Shown: one piece after another, positions 1-9,979 of the stretch | How the letters are laid out: the number at the start of each line of letters is the position of its first letter | Position numbering within the stretch: position 1 is the stretch's first letter | Source of the DNA: Microcoleus sp. | GTDB taxonomy: Bacteria; Cyanobacteriota; Cyanobacteriia; Cyanobacteriales; Microcoleaceae | Length of the DNA: 64,000 nucleotides | Direction: 5' to 3' | Assembly: GCA_052279835.1 (NCBI GenBank) | Contig: CP181291.1 | Coordinates: forward strand, 3,616,001 to 3,680,000 | The notes under the pieces: generated by a model | The model's input: the letters and a program-made list of their open reading frames with translations, nothing else | Database searches by the model: none | What the model was told of the DNA's origin: nothing | Position numbers and translations under genes: made by a program

Positions 1-454
1 GTATCCTTACGAAAAACTGATTCCTTCCGAACGTTTTCGGGGTCGAATTCACTTTGAATTTGACAAGTGTATCGCCTGCGAAGTCTGCGTTCGGGTATGT
101 CCGATCAACTTACCTGTAGTGGATTGGGAATTTAACAAAGAAACTAAGAAGAAACAACTCAAGCACTACAGTATCGATTTTGGGGTGTGTATCTTCTGTG
201 GCAATTGTGTGGAATATTGTCCGACTAATTGTTTGTCGATGACAGAAGAGTACGAGTTAGCAGCCTACGAACGTCATGAGTTGAATTATGACAACGTGGC
301 CTTGGGACGTCTACCCTACAAGGTTTCAGACGATCCGATGGTGACACCGTTGCGGGAATTTGCTTATTTGCCCAAAGGTGCAATGGACCCCCATGAAGTT
401 TCCAGCAGCGATCGGCGTGCAGGTCTTCGTCCAGAGGAAATTATCGAAAAATAA
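1..454 (+). CDS. ndhI: NAD(P)H-quinone oxidoreductase subunit I (5' truncated by window edge)
   Basis: Frame from base 2 reads [34 protein letters not shown]...[12 protein letters not shown], giving two 4Fe-4S motifs; followed by ndhG and ndhE. Confidence 0.97.
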   Translation, partial: YPYEKLIPSERFRGRIHFEFDKCIACEVCVRVCPINLPVVDWEFNKETKKKQLKHYSIDFGVCIFCGNCVEYCPTNCLSMTEEYELAAYERHELNYDNVALGRLPYKVSDDPMVTPLREFAYLPKGAMDPHEVSSSDRRAGLRPEEIIEK

Positions 455-497
455 GTAATTAGTCATTAGTCAGCAGTCATCAGTCATTAGTAGCAAC

Positions 498-556
498 GTG
501 CGTCAGATCCCGAAATTCTCGATAATCGTTATAGAAATTCGTCTGACGCACCCTAC
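498..556. repeat. REP-like palindrome
   Basis: GTGCGTCAGA (498-507) pairs with TCTGACGCAC (542-551), followed by CCTAC. Confidence 0.6.
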
Positions 557-663
557 AAGTCGATGGTCGTGTGACAGTTGTGTCCAGGACTATAATTATT
601 AATGACTGCTAACTAATGAATAAAAACGAACGATCGAAAACTAATGATTGAGGATTAAAGATT

Positions 664-1293
664 GTGAATCTAGCTGAAGGGGTTCAAATTGTTTCATTTG
701 GCATACTGTCCGTAATGATGATTGGAGGAGCATTAGGAGTAGTCCTATTCTCGAACATCGTTTACTCAGCTTTTTTACTGTGTGGGGTATTTACCAGTAT
801 TGCTGGTTTGTACCTATTGCTAAATGCCGACTTTGTAGCAGCAGCCCAGGTATTGATTTACGTTGGTGCTGTTAACGTCTTGATTTTGTTTGCGATTATG
901 TTGGTGAACAAGCGGGAAGATTTTCGCAATATTCCTAATGCTTGGGTGCGTCAACTAGCAACAGCAGTAGTTTGCGTAGGTTTGTTTGCGCTGTTGAGCA
1001 CAATGGTGCTGTCTACTCCTTGGGCGATTGTCGCCACGACGGGCGCACCAGCCGAAAGTTCGATCGTGACGATCGCCAAACACTTCTTTACAGACTATTT
1101 GCTACCTTTCGAGTTAGCATCAGTGTTTTTGTTAATGGCAATGGTAGGAGCAATTGTGTTAGCCCGCCGCGATTTCTTCGTCGATGAATTGCCCTCTAAC
1201 AAACTATCTGAAACACCAGCTTTTAGTTTGCCAGAAAGACCTCGTGAATTAGTAGCAGCCGGAGATACTTCTTTACCCGAATCTAACAAGTAG
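664..1293 (+). CDS. ndhG: NAD(P)H-quinone oxidoreductase subunit 6 (G)
   Basis: Hydrophobic protein with LLLNADFVAAAQVLIYVGAVNVLILF and YLLPFELAS; operon order ndhI-G-E. Confidence 0.97.
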   Translation: MNLAEGVQIVSFGILSVMMIGGALGVVLFSNIVYSAFLLCGVFTSIAGLYLLLNADFVAAAQVLIYVGAVNVLILFAIMLVNKREDFRNIPNAWVRQLATAVVCVGLFALLSTMVLSTPWAIVATTGAPAESSIVTIAKHFFTDYLLPFELASVFLLMAMVGAIVLARRDFFVDELPSNKLSETPAFSLPERPRELVAAGDTSLPESNK

Positions 1294-1664
1294 TAACTCG
1301 TTCCCAGGCTCTGCCTGGTAACGCAAGTAGTAACTCGTAACTCGTTCCCAGGCTCTGCCTGGTAACGCAGATCCAGAGGCTCTGCCTCAAATAACTCGTT
1401 CCCAGGCTCTGCCTGGTAACGCAGATCCAGAGGGTCTGCCTCAAATTTTCATGAAACTAAGAAGGAAGGTTGAAGAAGCGAGGCAGAGCAAGAAAGAAAT
1501 CGGTTCCCAGGCAGAGCCTAGGAACCAGTTAGAAGCGAGGCAGAGCAAGAAAGAAACTGGTTCCCAGGCAGAGCCTAGGAACCAGTTAATTTCCTTCTTT
1601 CTTCTTCCTTCTTTCTTCTTCCTTCTTCCTTCTTCCTTCTTCCTTCTTCCTTCTTCCTTCTTCT
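1294..1664. repeat. Cluster of CTCGTTCCCAGGCTCTGCCTGGTAACG palindromic repeats plus TTCCTTC heptamer tract
   Basis: Three forward copies (about 1294-1422), two inverted copies (about 1478-1588), then (TTCCTTC)n; the same family recurs at 34043-34214, 41462-41581 and 47677-47858. Confidence 0.9.
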
Positions 1665-1672
1665 TTAAATTT

Positions 1673-1984
1673 ATGCAACTGCAACTCCAGTATTTCCTGT
1701 TATTAGCCGCCGCACTTTTCTGCATTGGTATTTACGGTTTGATTACTAGCCGAAATGCAGTGCGGGTGTTGATGTCGATCGAGCTAATGCTAAATGCCGT
1801 CAATCTGAATTTGATGGGTTTCTCTAATTATCTCGACCCAGTGCACATTAAAGGTCAAGTATTTACCGTATTTGTAGTCACGGTAGCTGCTGCTGAAGCT
1901 GCGGTAGGTTTAGCAATTGTGTTGGCGATTTATCGCAACCGTAATACCGTAGACATGGAAGCATTTAATTTGCTGAAGTGGTAA
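1673..1984 (+). CDS. ndhE: NAD(P)H-quinone oxidoreductase subunit 4L (E)
   Basis: [46 protein letters not shown]...[12 protein letters not shown]; true ATG at 1673, the upstream extension is repeat-derived. Confidence 0.96.
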   Translation: MQLQLQYFLLLAAALFCIGIYGLITSRNAVRVLMSIELMLNAVNLNLMGFSNYLDPVHIKGQVFTVFVVTVAAAEAAVGLAIVLAIYRNRNTVDMEAFNLLKW

Positions 1985-2110
1985 TTAGTCAGTAGTCATC
2001 AGTCATTAGTCATTAGTTATTGGTTGAATCATAACTGACTACTGCCAATAGCCAACAGCCAACTAACTAATGACTAATAACGAATGACTAATGACTAAGG
2101 ACTAATGACT
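1985..2110. repeat. Heptamer short tandem repeats (TCATTAG / GACTAAT), arranged as inverted blocks
   Basis: Directly visible between convergent ndhE and folB; similar tract at 455-490. Confidence 0.75.
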
Positions 2111-2458
2111 TCGAGTAATTTCGAGAGTAATTCTGCCACCAAAATCAGGGATAGGGGCTGCTGGTTTTGAGAGTTGTAACTTGACTTTATCGACTAACGG
2201 TAGTTGTAAAAGCGCTTGGGCGATGGTATCTGCTAGACGTTCGATCAACAAAAATTTAGATTCTTTGACTAGCTTTTGGATCAGAGTAATCGCACTGCGG
2301 TAATCGAGAGTATGTTCAATATCATCACTTTTTCCAGCTTGCGATAAATCCAGCCAGAGAGTAACATCCACTTCAAACCACTGCCCCAAAACCTGCTCTT
2401 CGGGCAGATAGCCAGTATATCCGTAACAGCGAATGCCTGTAAGTTGAATAGAATCCAT
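2102..2458 (-). CDS. folB: Dihydroneopterin aldolase
   Basis: MDSIQLTGIRCYGYTGYLPEEQVLGQWFEVD...LDY...LIERLA...SKPAAPI. Confidence 0.95.
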   Translation of the reverse strand: MDSIQLTGIRCYGYTGYLPEEQVLGQWFEVDVTLWLDLSQAGKSDDIEHTLDYRSAITLIQKLVKESKFLLIERLADTIAQALLQLPLVDKVKLQLSKPAAPIPDFGGRITLEITRSH

Positions 2459-2515
2459 TGTGCAATAAACTAAAAGTGCGTTGCCTATACAAATTTGTAT
2501 TAAAGCAGATAAAGC

Positions 2516-2722
2516 TATCTTTCTCTTCCCTCTCTTTCCTTTTCCACTCTTCCCTCTGCGGCCTCTGCGCCCTCTGCGGTTAAATAAATCTTATCCTATC
2601 TTAAATTTCAAAAACAGTTATCTTTCTCTTCCCTCTCTTTCTTTGCCGCCTCTTCCTCTTCCCTCTGCGGCCTCTGCGCCCTCTGTGGTTAAATAAATCT
2701 TATTCTATCTTAAATTTCAAAA
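2516..2722. repeat. Imperfect tandem duplication (about 100 bp x2) containing CCTCTGCGCCCTCTGCGGTTAAA element
   Basis: Both copies end in ...AAATAAATCTTAT(C/T)CTATCTTAAATTTCAAAAA; the same 9-mer element recurs near 11911, 44290 and 54886. Confidence 0.75.
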
Positions 2723-4088
2723 AGTTCCTCCTTTCTCCAACTTGTCCAGAAAATCCTCAGCAACTTCACACCATTTCTGCCTGATATCGGCATCTTCTGG
2801 CTTATCTGTCAAGCTACGACCTTTTAATTCGGGATATTTATTGTAATATAATTCATCAACTTTTTGATAGAATATATCTTTATCAATTTTGAGATTTTTA
2901 CGTCGTTGGCCAATTTTTTCTTGACGAATTATTTCTGCTGGCTCTAAGGATGTATCCGGTGGTTGGTGGCGGGAAGAAAATTTCGGTAAATCAGGCAGCT
3001 TAGGAAAGGTGAAACCAGACTTAACTACACTAAAAGCGAGCATTCCTGGTAATAAAACAACACTTAAACTCGCTAAAGTTTTCCAAGGAATTAATTTGAA
3101 AATGTTGCTATTAACAACTTGAGGATTTTGCACAACAGGAGTAGGATTACTGGTAGGGGTTTGAGTGCTGTTTTTGAAAGGGCGGCCGACAAAGTTCATT
3201 GTCACCATTTGGGAGATGATGCTGCTAATTTGAGATAATTTTGGATCTTTGAGTGCTTCGCGGACTTCTTTTGCAGACTGATAGCGATCGCCCGCATTGT
3301 CTGCTAACATCCGATCCAATACAGTACCGAGATTTTGACTGACACTGACGTGCGATCGCCAATCCCAAGTTTTTTGATTAACATCGTACAATTTCTGAGG
3401 CTTTTTCCCTGTCAGCAAGACTAAAGCAGTGACAGCCAAAGCATACAAATCGCTAGCCGGAGACACTTTACCCTGTCGCATCTGTTTCCATAGGCGAATA
3501 ACCCTGTTTGCCGATCGCCGTATCCGATTGTCCTTTAAACTGAAATACAGCAGTCGCTGCGATTTGTTTGACAGAACCGAAATCAATTAAAAATGGTAAT
3601 TTGTCAACATCATGTTGAATAATATTGTCCGGGGAAATATCGCGGTGAATTAAATTTTTCGAGTGGATGTATTCTAGAATTGGCAAAATCTGAAATAGCA
3701 GTTGAGTAACTTCAGCTTCGTTAAAATTTTTACCTTGTTGCTGACGCGATATCAGTATTGCTTCGTAGGTTTGACCAGGGATATAATCTTGGACTAAAAA
3801 TAAACATTGATTCCCACCGATATCGGTTCGCAGAAGTTCTCGAAAGCGGGGAATTTGGGGGTGTTGGAGGTTGTAAAGGATACTCGATTCGCGATCGAAC
3901 AATTCGGCAGCTTTGGGGCTGTGAATCACCGGAGAAAACTCTTTGAGTACGCAAGGTTCATTGTAGCGGTTGATATCTTCGGCGAGGTAAGTACGCCCGA
4001 AGCCACCGCGGCCTAATTCGCGGATAATTCGGTAGCGTTTTTCGAGAGTTGAACCTGGGTTGAGGAGGGAGGAGTTAGACATAGACAA
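2717..4088 (-). pseudogene. Ser/Thr protein kinase (Pkn2 type) with TM segment, split by a +1 frameshift
   Basis: ORF 3468..4088 has LGRGGFGRTY, VLKEF, HRDISPDN and DFG. ORF 2717..3586 continues QMRQGKVSPASDLYALAVT. Removing one A at 3485-3487 restores GYSPMEQMRQG. Confidence 0.85.
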
Positions 4089-4350
4089 CTGAAATTTGTT
4101 CGAGTTGGGGAGCTCAGTATAGCTTAATTGTAGCCAAATGTGCGGACCAAGGCGAGAAGCAAGGGCGATCGCTTTTTTTGATTAAGGAAAAGAAACACTT
4201 TGCTAAAGATTGATAGCAGTAGCCAAAGCGCCTTAACAGCTTTGGCGGTTGCTATAGGTAATTCCGAGTCGTGAGTTTTACCAAGGAACAGAAGCATCTC
4301 AGAGCCTCACCAAACCATTAAAATGCGTAAATCCTGTTGGTTAATCAATT

Positions 4351-5112
4351 CTAAAGTAACGTCAGAATTTCTACCCCAGAATCAGTCACCGCCAAAGTGT
4401 GTTCAAATTGAGCCGAAAGCTTTCCATCTTGAGTCACAGCAGTCCAACCATCGGCGAGAATTTCAACTTCCCAAGTACCCTCATTAATCATAGGTTCAAT
4501 GGTAAAAACCATCCCTTGTCTCAACTTTTTTCCAGTCCCCCGCTTCCCATAGTGCAGAATTTCCGGTTCCGTATGAAACACTCGATGGACACCGTGCCCG
4601 GCAAAATTTCGGACTACCGAAAAGCCCTGTGCTTCTGCATACTCTTGAATCGCTGCGCCGATGTCGCCAGTACGAGCACCGGGTTTAACTTCCGCAATTC
4701 CTCTTCTCAAACATTCCTCGGTTACTTCCACTAATCTTTTCGCAACGGGCGAAGGTTTCCCAACAAAAAAAGTTTTGGAAGTATCGCCATGATAACCATC
4801 AACTAAAGGCGTTACATCAATATTAATAATGTCCCCTTCTCTCAAAATTTGTTTGGCATTTGGGATGCCATGACATACTACTTGATTTACACTAGCGCAG
4901 AGAGACTTAGGAAATCCTTTATAACCTAACGGAGCACTTTTTGCGCCATGTGCCAAAGTCCAACGTTCGGCTTCGTCATTAATTGCTAAAGTGCTGACAC
5001 CGGGTTCGATCATTGGTTCAAGGTGTAGCAAAAGTTGGGCAGCTAAACGGCCTGCTTGGCGCATTTTTTCTATTTCTCTACTAGATAACAACACTAAACG
5101 TTCGGTAGCCAT
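4351..5112 (-). CDS. map: Methionine aminopeptidase type I
   Basis: CHGIP, NIDVT, GYHGDTS, GHGV, FTIEPMIN and SAQFEHT motifs. Confidence 0.97.
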   Translation of the reverse strand: MATERLVLLSSREIEKMRQAGRLAAQLLLHLEPMIEPGVSTLAINDEAERWTLAHGAKSAPLGYKGFPKSLCASVNQVVCHGIPNAKQILREGDIINIDVTPLVDGYHGDTSKTFFVGKPSPVAKRLVEVTEECLRRGIAEVKPGARTGDIGAAIQEYAEAQGFSVVRNFAGHGVHRVFHTEPEILHYGKRGTGKKLRQGMVFTIEPMINEGTWEVEILADGWTAVTQDGKLSAQFEHTLAVTDSGVEILTLL

Positions 5113-5443
5113 AGTTATTTTTTTGTGTTTTTTGTGGTTGAGTAAGAGTTAATTTAACTCAAAGGGGAATTTTCCGAAAGCTTCAATCCAGGGTGTTTTC
5201 ATCAACAATGGTGGACATGGACACCCTCGGATTTGTTTTTGTACTTCGGTTGTGGTCAGAAACCCTAAATATTCTACCGGAGCATCGGGGTAATCTGCAC
5301 AATTTTTTTGCCAATCATCCTCATCCTGTATTTTGCCCATAATTGGCAAAGGTGCTACTACTTCTATTTTATGGTGGCGCTTGTGCAATTATTTAGCAAT
5401 ATTAGAGAATAGAGACATGAATAATTTCGAGGGTAACAAATCA

Positions 5444-6619
5444 TTAACTATCCTTCCCAGAACGAGGACGCATGAAACTCAACTGATTAATTGCCCAGCG
5501 GGCTGTTTCCTGAACTTCGGGATCGGGATCGTCAGTAGCATAATGCAATAAGTAAGTAATTTGATTCACCAATTCATAGATACGTGTCAAATCACGAATT
5601 GCATTTTTACGTACTTCTGGGTTTTGATTTTGTAAGGATATTGACCAAGCATTATTCATCGGCTTGAGAGTGCGAACGCCTATTTCCGAGAGAGTTGCCA
5701 AGACTAAGCTGTACTGGTTAGAGTCAGAATTTGCTAGCAGATCTACCAGTGGCTTAATAGCTCTTGAATCTCCATGTTGCCCCAGTTCCCAGATTGCCTT
5801 ACGCCGCCTATCTGGATTGAGGTGCTGCAAATCTTCAATCAATAATTCAATAATATCAACTTGACGTCTCTCATCATCTTCGGGAATGAAAAGGTCTTTG
5901 GTAAGAGGGGCTAAGGAATCAGCAAGATTGCTCTTAGGGGAAACATTCAAATCTGTGTCACTGTATAAGCCGTTGCTGTTAGTCTCTACATATAAGGCCT
6001 CGGAATTGATTCTATCGCCTTCACTTCCTGTTTTCTCCGCTTCTCTACTTTCTTGATTGTAGCGTTTCGAGAAATCTGAACCATCGGGCAATACTGGTGT
6101 GGTTTTTTTGATTCCCAAATAAATGCCTCCTGGTCTAGTTTCGTTGAGCTTTGTGGGAGATTCGGGAGTTTTGAATTGAGTATTTCTTGGTTGGTGGCGC
6201 TCGAATCTACCCCGTTTTCGCCTAGAATTACTTGACTCGTCACTACCCACTAATTTGAGCATGATAAATACTGCCGCTGCCGTGATGACAATGGCGGCTA
6301 CACCCAAGATTAACAACCCTCGCTGGCGAGACAAAATGACCATTAAATTCGAGATTGATTTGGGGAGTTTGGAATTAGATTTTTGGGTTTTAGAGGGTTG
6401 AGATTTGCTTCTATCGGTTCCTGGAGATGGTTTTGGAGTCTTGGAGTCGGGGCGAGTGTCCGAGGGGGAGTTCGCCTCAGCAATTTCTGGAGAAGCATCG
6501 CGGTAGGACACATTGACGGCGTGTTTACGTCCGTCCCCATCGGGACTGAAGGCTGCCCCCAGACAGGCGATACAGGTAAATAAAAGTAAAGTGAATCGGT
6601 AGTACGCCATAAGACTCAA
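5444..6619 (-). CDS. Membrane-anchored HEAT/PBS-lyase repeat protein
   Basis: N-terminal hydrophobic segment, TM helix, C-terminal repeats RRKAIWELGQHGDSRAIKPLVDLL and DPDPEVQETARWAI. Confidence 0.75.
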   Translation of the reverse strand: MSLMAYYRFTLLLFTCIACLGAAFSPDGDGRKHAVNVSYRDASPEIAEANSPSDTRPDSKTPKPSPGTDRSKSQPSKTQKSNSKLPKSISNLMVILSRQRGLLILGVAAIVITAAAVFIMLKLVGSDESSNSRRKRGRFERHQPRNTQFKTPESPTKLNETRPGGIYLGIKKTTPVLPDGSDFSKRYNQESREAEKTGSEGDRINSEALYVETNSNGLYSDTDLNVSPKSNLADSLAPLTKDLFIPEDDERRQVDIIELLIEDLQHLNPDRRRKAIWELGQHGDSRAIKPLVDLLANSDSNQYSLVLATLSEIGVRTLKPMNNAWSISLQNQNPEVRKNAIRDLTRIYELVNQITYLLHYATDDPDPEVQETARWAINQLSFMRPRSGKDS

Positions 6620-6924
6620 CCGGGTTTTTTAGAGGCAATGCCACATGACAGGCTTTAGCTGCAACCTTGAGCTAGCTCGATCCTAGCTGCTATGGGCTCA
6701 ACTAATTCAGAAATAGCCCCAGATTATGAAAAAATAATGGTTTGAGATTGCCTCAAGGAAGGCACAAGGCTTTCGGCAGCAGACAGAAGGAAAGAAAAAT
6801 TGGGAATGCAAGACTTTTGCTGTTTTTTCGATCGCACTTTAAAAGTCTGTCTTTAGTTGACACAATTGCCTCCTTGCCGGTTAAGTCATTGAATTAATTA
6901 TCGTAAACAGGTACTGGGACTCTC

Positions 6925-9816
6925 GTGGGTAAAGCAGCACAATCTCGAAAATTTATTGCGACTGAGCCACTAGGAAAAACCGGAGAAACGGCAGAAAAAA
7001 AGGTTTGGGATGCCGTTTGCGAGGCTTTTGCCGATCGCGATTGCATTGCCTACTGGCGATATCCTATTTTTTCTTCCTGTGGAAATTTTCGTAAAGAGCC
7101 TGATATTCTAATTGCTGATTTTGAACTGGGTTTAACTATCATTGAGGTCAAAGCGATCGCGATCGACCAAATTGTCGCCATATCTGGTCATAGATGGGAT
7201 TTCCAACATTTTTATACTACTGGGGGCAACCCCTATCAGCAAGCAGAGCATCAACTATACGCCATGCTGGGTTACTGCGATCGCGAAACAGCTTTGCGGG
7301 GCAAAGTCAGCGGGCGGGCGATCGTTGCCTTACCGTCAATTTCTCAGCAACAGTGGCATAATAAAGAGTTTAACAAGCTTCCGAGCAATCCGCCGATCCT
7401 TTTTCACGATCACCTCCAGAGAAATTCAGGACAAACAATAATTAGTGGAATCGAAAAACCAGGAACAGCCCCAAATTTTGTCATTTCCTCACCTGGCAAT
7501 CCTCAATTATCTATTCCCCATACTCCCCATCTAATTGAATTTATTAAAAATACAGCTTGTGTTTTTAAAGGAAGCCAATTAAACCGGGAACAGTGGCAGT
7601 TACTGCTAGCTGTAATTGGGGGAACTCCTATTTTTAAACCACGACCAAGACGATTTTTTTTCAATCAGCAGCAACCAGCACCACCAACAAATTTGATTTC
7701 TTCCCCTCTGGCAAATTATACAACCCGTGCAGCAGTTTTAGCTAATTTACAGCAGCAGTTTTCCCAACTAGATTTGCAACAAGAACGCATCGGCAAACAG
7801 ATTCCTCCAGGACCCCAGCGAATTCGGGGAATTGCAGGTTCTGGCAAAACAGTTGTGCTCTGCCAAAAAGCAGCTCTGATGCACTTAAAATACCCCGATT
7901 GGGATATTGCCTTGGTCTTTTTTTCTCGCAGTTTGTACGAGCAGATTGTCGCACAGTTAGATAAGTGGCTCCGCCGTTTTAGCAATGGTGAAATTGGCTA
8001 CGATGCTAATAATAATCAAAAATTGCGTCCGCTCCATGCTTGGGGCGGAAAAGACAGGCCCGGACTTTACAGTACAATTTGTCGCGCTGCGGGAGTGGGA
8101 CGTTTGACTGTTGGTGACATAGATTTTCAGGAACCAAGTCAAGCTTTAGCCTATGTCTGTCGCCACTTGCTAAAATCTGCTAATATACCCCAAATTTTTG
8201 ATGCTATTCTAATTGACGAATCTCAAGACTTAATGGTTGCCGCAAATTTTAATATACAAGGAAAACAGCCATTTTTTTGGATGGCTTATCAAGCTCTACG
8301 CCTAGTAAATATTCCCCCAACCTACCCCGATCGAGAAGGGGGTGCTAATCAGCTAAAAACATTCGAGAATTTCTCCCCCCCTTTACAAGGGGGGGTTGGG
8401 GGGGGTCGAGATTTGCGCCGTTTAATTTGGGCTTACGATGAAGCACAAAGTTTGGAATGGCTAGAGATTCCCACGGCTAGCAAATTATTTGGTGAAGAGT
8501 TAGGGCATTTGGTAAATGGCGAGTACAGCGACGGTATCAAAAAGACTGAGATTATGCAAAAATGTTACCGCGTTCCCGGCCCAATTTTAACTGCTGCTCA
8601 CGGAATTAGTATGGGTTTGTTGCGACGCGGGGGAATGCTGACTGGTATTACTCGCGTGGAAGATTGGAAGGCGATCGGCTACGAGGTAGTTGTCGATCGA
8701 GAATCGGAAATAAATACACCAACAGTCAAAAATAATCAGTATCAATTTACTAAAAAAGTTACTATTTACCGCCCTGCTCATAACTCTCCGAATTTAGTGC
8801 CTAAATTGTGGTTAAATCCGGTTTTAGAGTTTGAAGCCTACCGCTCTCGTCAAGAAGAATTAACGGCTCTAGCTGAAGATATTTTATACAATCTCAAAGT
8901 GGACGGTTTGAGGCCATCCAGGGAAATTTTAGTGATTATTTTAGGTGCGGGCTTTGAAGCTATGGAACTCGAAACTTATACCGCTAATTTTTTAATGAAG
9001 CAAGGAATTGATATTTACATTCCCAGTACCCCAAGTTGCAATCTCTTGAAAGTAAATAAAGCCAACTCTCAGCCCGATCGCTTTTGGTGCGAAGGCGGAG
9101 TCACGGTGTCTCGGATTCACCGTGCTAAGGGAAATGAAGCTGATATGGTTTATCTGGTTGGTTTTGACTCCATTGCTAAAAATGAAAGTAATTTGATTTT
9201 GCGAAACCAATTATTTGTAGCCTTAACTAGGTCAAAAGGTTGGCTCAAATTGAGCGGAACAGGTGCATATCCCATGTATGATGAAATGTGGCGAGTCATG
9301 CAAAGTGGCGATAGTTTTACTTTTACTTGGAAACAGCACCATCAGAGAAATATTAGTGTTACAGATGCGGGAGATTTGGTGGCTAGATATGCAGCGGGAG
9401 GTAGAAATTTTCAGGGTGTAAATTTATCGGGATCGGATTTAGTTGGTGTAAATTTGCAACGAGCTAATTTGGTTAATGCTAAGTTGATTGGTGCAGATTT
9501 GCAAAATGCTAATTTAGATGGTACAAGGTTGATTATTGCTGATTTTAATGGTGCTAATTTGAGCGGTGCTAGTTTGAAAAAAGCCAAGTTAGTGGGGGCT
9601 TTTTTAAATAATGTTAAGTTAAATCAAGCTAATTTAAGCCGTGCGGATTTAAGCGAGGCTCAGTTGACAAATGCAGATTTAAGATGTGCTATTCTGACGA
9701 AGGCTAATTTGAGTGGTGCAGATTTGCAAGGTGCTAATCTGGAGGGTGTGGACTTGACTGATGTTCGTTTGAGTGGGACAATCATGCCGGATGGAAGCGT
9801 TTGGGCGATCGATTAA
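6925..9816 (+). CDS. NERD nuclease + SF1 (UvrD-like) helicase + pentapeptide repeat fusion
   Basis: EPDILIAD...IIEVK (NERD), GIAGSGKT (Walker A), ILIDESQD (Walker B), IHRAKGNEAD and LFVALTRSK (motifs V/VI), C-terminal A(D/N)LxG pentapeptide repeats. Confidence 0.85.
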   Translation: MGKAAQSRKFIATEPLGKTGETAEKKVWDAVCEAFADRDCIAYWRYPIFSSCGNFRKEPDILIADFELGLTIIEVKAIAIDQIVAISGHRWDFQHFYTTGGNPYQQAEHQLYAMLGYCDRETALRGKVSGRAIVALPSISQQQWHNKEFNKLPSNPPILFHDHLQRNSGQTIISGIEKPGTAPNFVISSPGNPQLSIPHTPHLIEFIKNTACVFKGSQLNREQWQLLLAVIGGTPIFKPRPRRFFFNQQQPAPPTNLISSPLANYTTRAAVLANLQQQFSQLDLQQERIGKQIPPGPQRIRGIAGSGKTVVLCQKAALMHLKYPDWDIALVFFSRSLYEQIVAQLDKWLRRFSNGEIGYDANNNQKLRPLHAWGGKDRPGLYSTICRAAGVGRLTVGDIDFQEPSQALAYVCRHLLKSANIPQIFDAILIDESQDLMVAANFNIQGKQPFFWMAYQALRLVNIPPTYPDREGGANQLKTFENFSPPLQGGVGGGRDLRRLIWAYDEAQSLEWLEIPTASKLFGEELGHLVNGEYSDGIKKTEIMQKCYRVPGPILTAAHGISMGLLRRGGMLTGITRVEDWKAIGYEVVVDRESEINTPTVKNNQYQFTKKVTIYRPAHNSPNLVPKLWLNPVLEFEAYRSRQEELTALAEDILYNLKVDGLRPSREILVIILGAGFEAMELETYTANFLMKQGIDIYIPSTPSCNLLKVNKANSQPDRFWCEGGVTVSRIHRAKGNEADMVYLVGFDSIAKNESNLILRNQLFVALTRSKGWLKLSGTGAYPMYDEMWRVMQSGDSFTFTWKQHHQRNISVTDAGDLVARYAAGGRNFQGVNLSGSDLVGVNLQRANLVNAKLIGADLQNANLDGTRLIIADFNGANLSGASLKKAKLVGAFLNNVKLNQANLSRADLSEAQLTNADLRCAILTKANLSGADLQGANLEGVDLTDVRLSGTIMPDGSVWAID

Positions 9817-9825
9817 TATTTACAT

Positions 9826-9922
9826 TCCTGGACGCAAAAAACCGGTTTCTTTCAAAAATCGTCGCTTTATCCGAGAGATTTTGACGCAGAAACCGGGTTT
9901 TTGACCCGCCGTGCGTCCAGGA
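9826..9922. repeat. AAAAACCGGTTTCT...AGAAACCGGGTTTT palindromic element
   Basis: Outer arms TCCTGGACGCA / TGCGTCCAGGA; family recurs at about 29723-29788, 39145-39209, 52613-52641 and 56195-56260. Confidence 0.8.
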
Positions 9923-9979
9923 CTGATTTATTTACTGACATGGTGTAATTTTGGTATAAAATTAACCTAAATTTTTAGT

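Noticed and set aside
1294..1590. CRISPR-like short palindromic repeats
   Set aside because: Spacing is irregular, orientation is mixed, the intervening sequence is itself repeated, and the family is dispersed across the window.
1451..1672. 74-aa N-terminal extension of NdhE (and antisense ORF 1441..1725)
   Set aside because: It is a translation of repeat DNA (FFLLPSS); the conserved protein begins at ATG 1673.
5149..5388. 79-aa ORF between the HEAT protein gene and map
   Set aside because: It could be a real small gene (perhaps starting at MGKIQDED), but I recognise no family and see no clear RBS, so it is not supportable.
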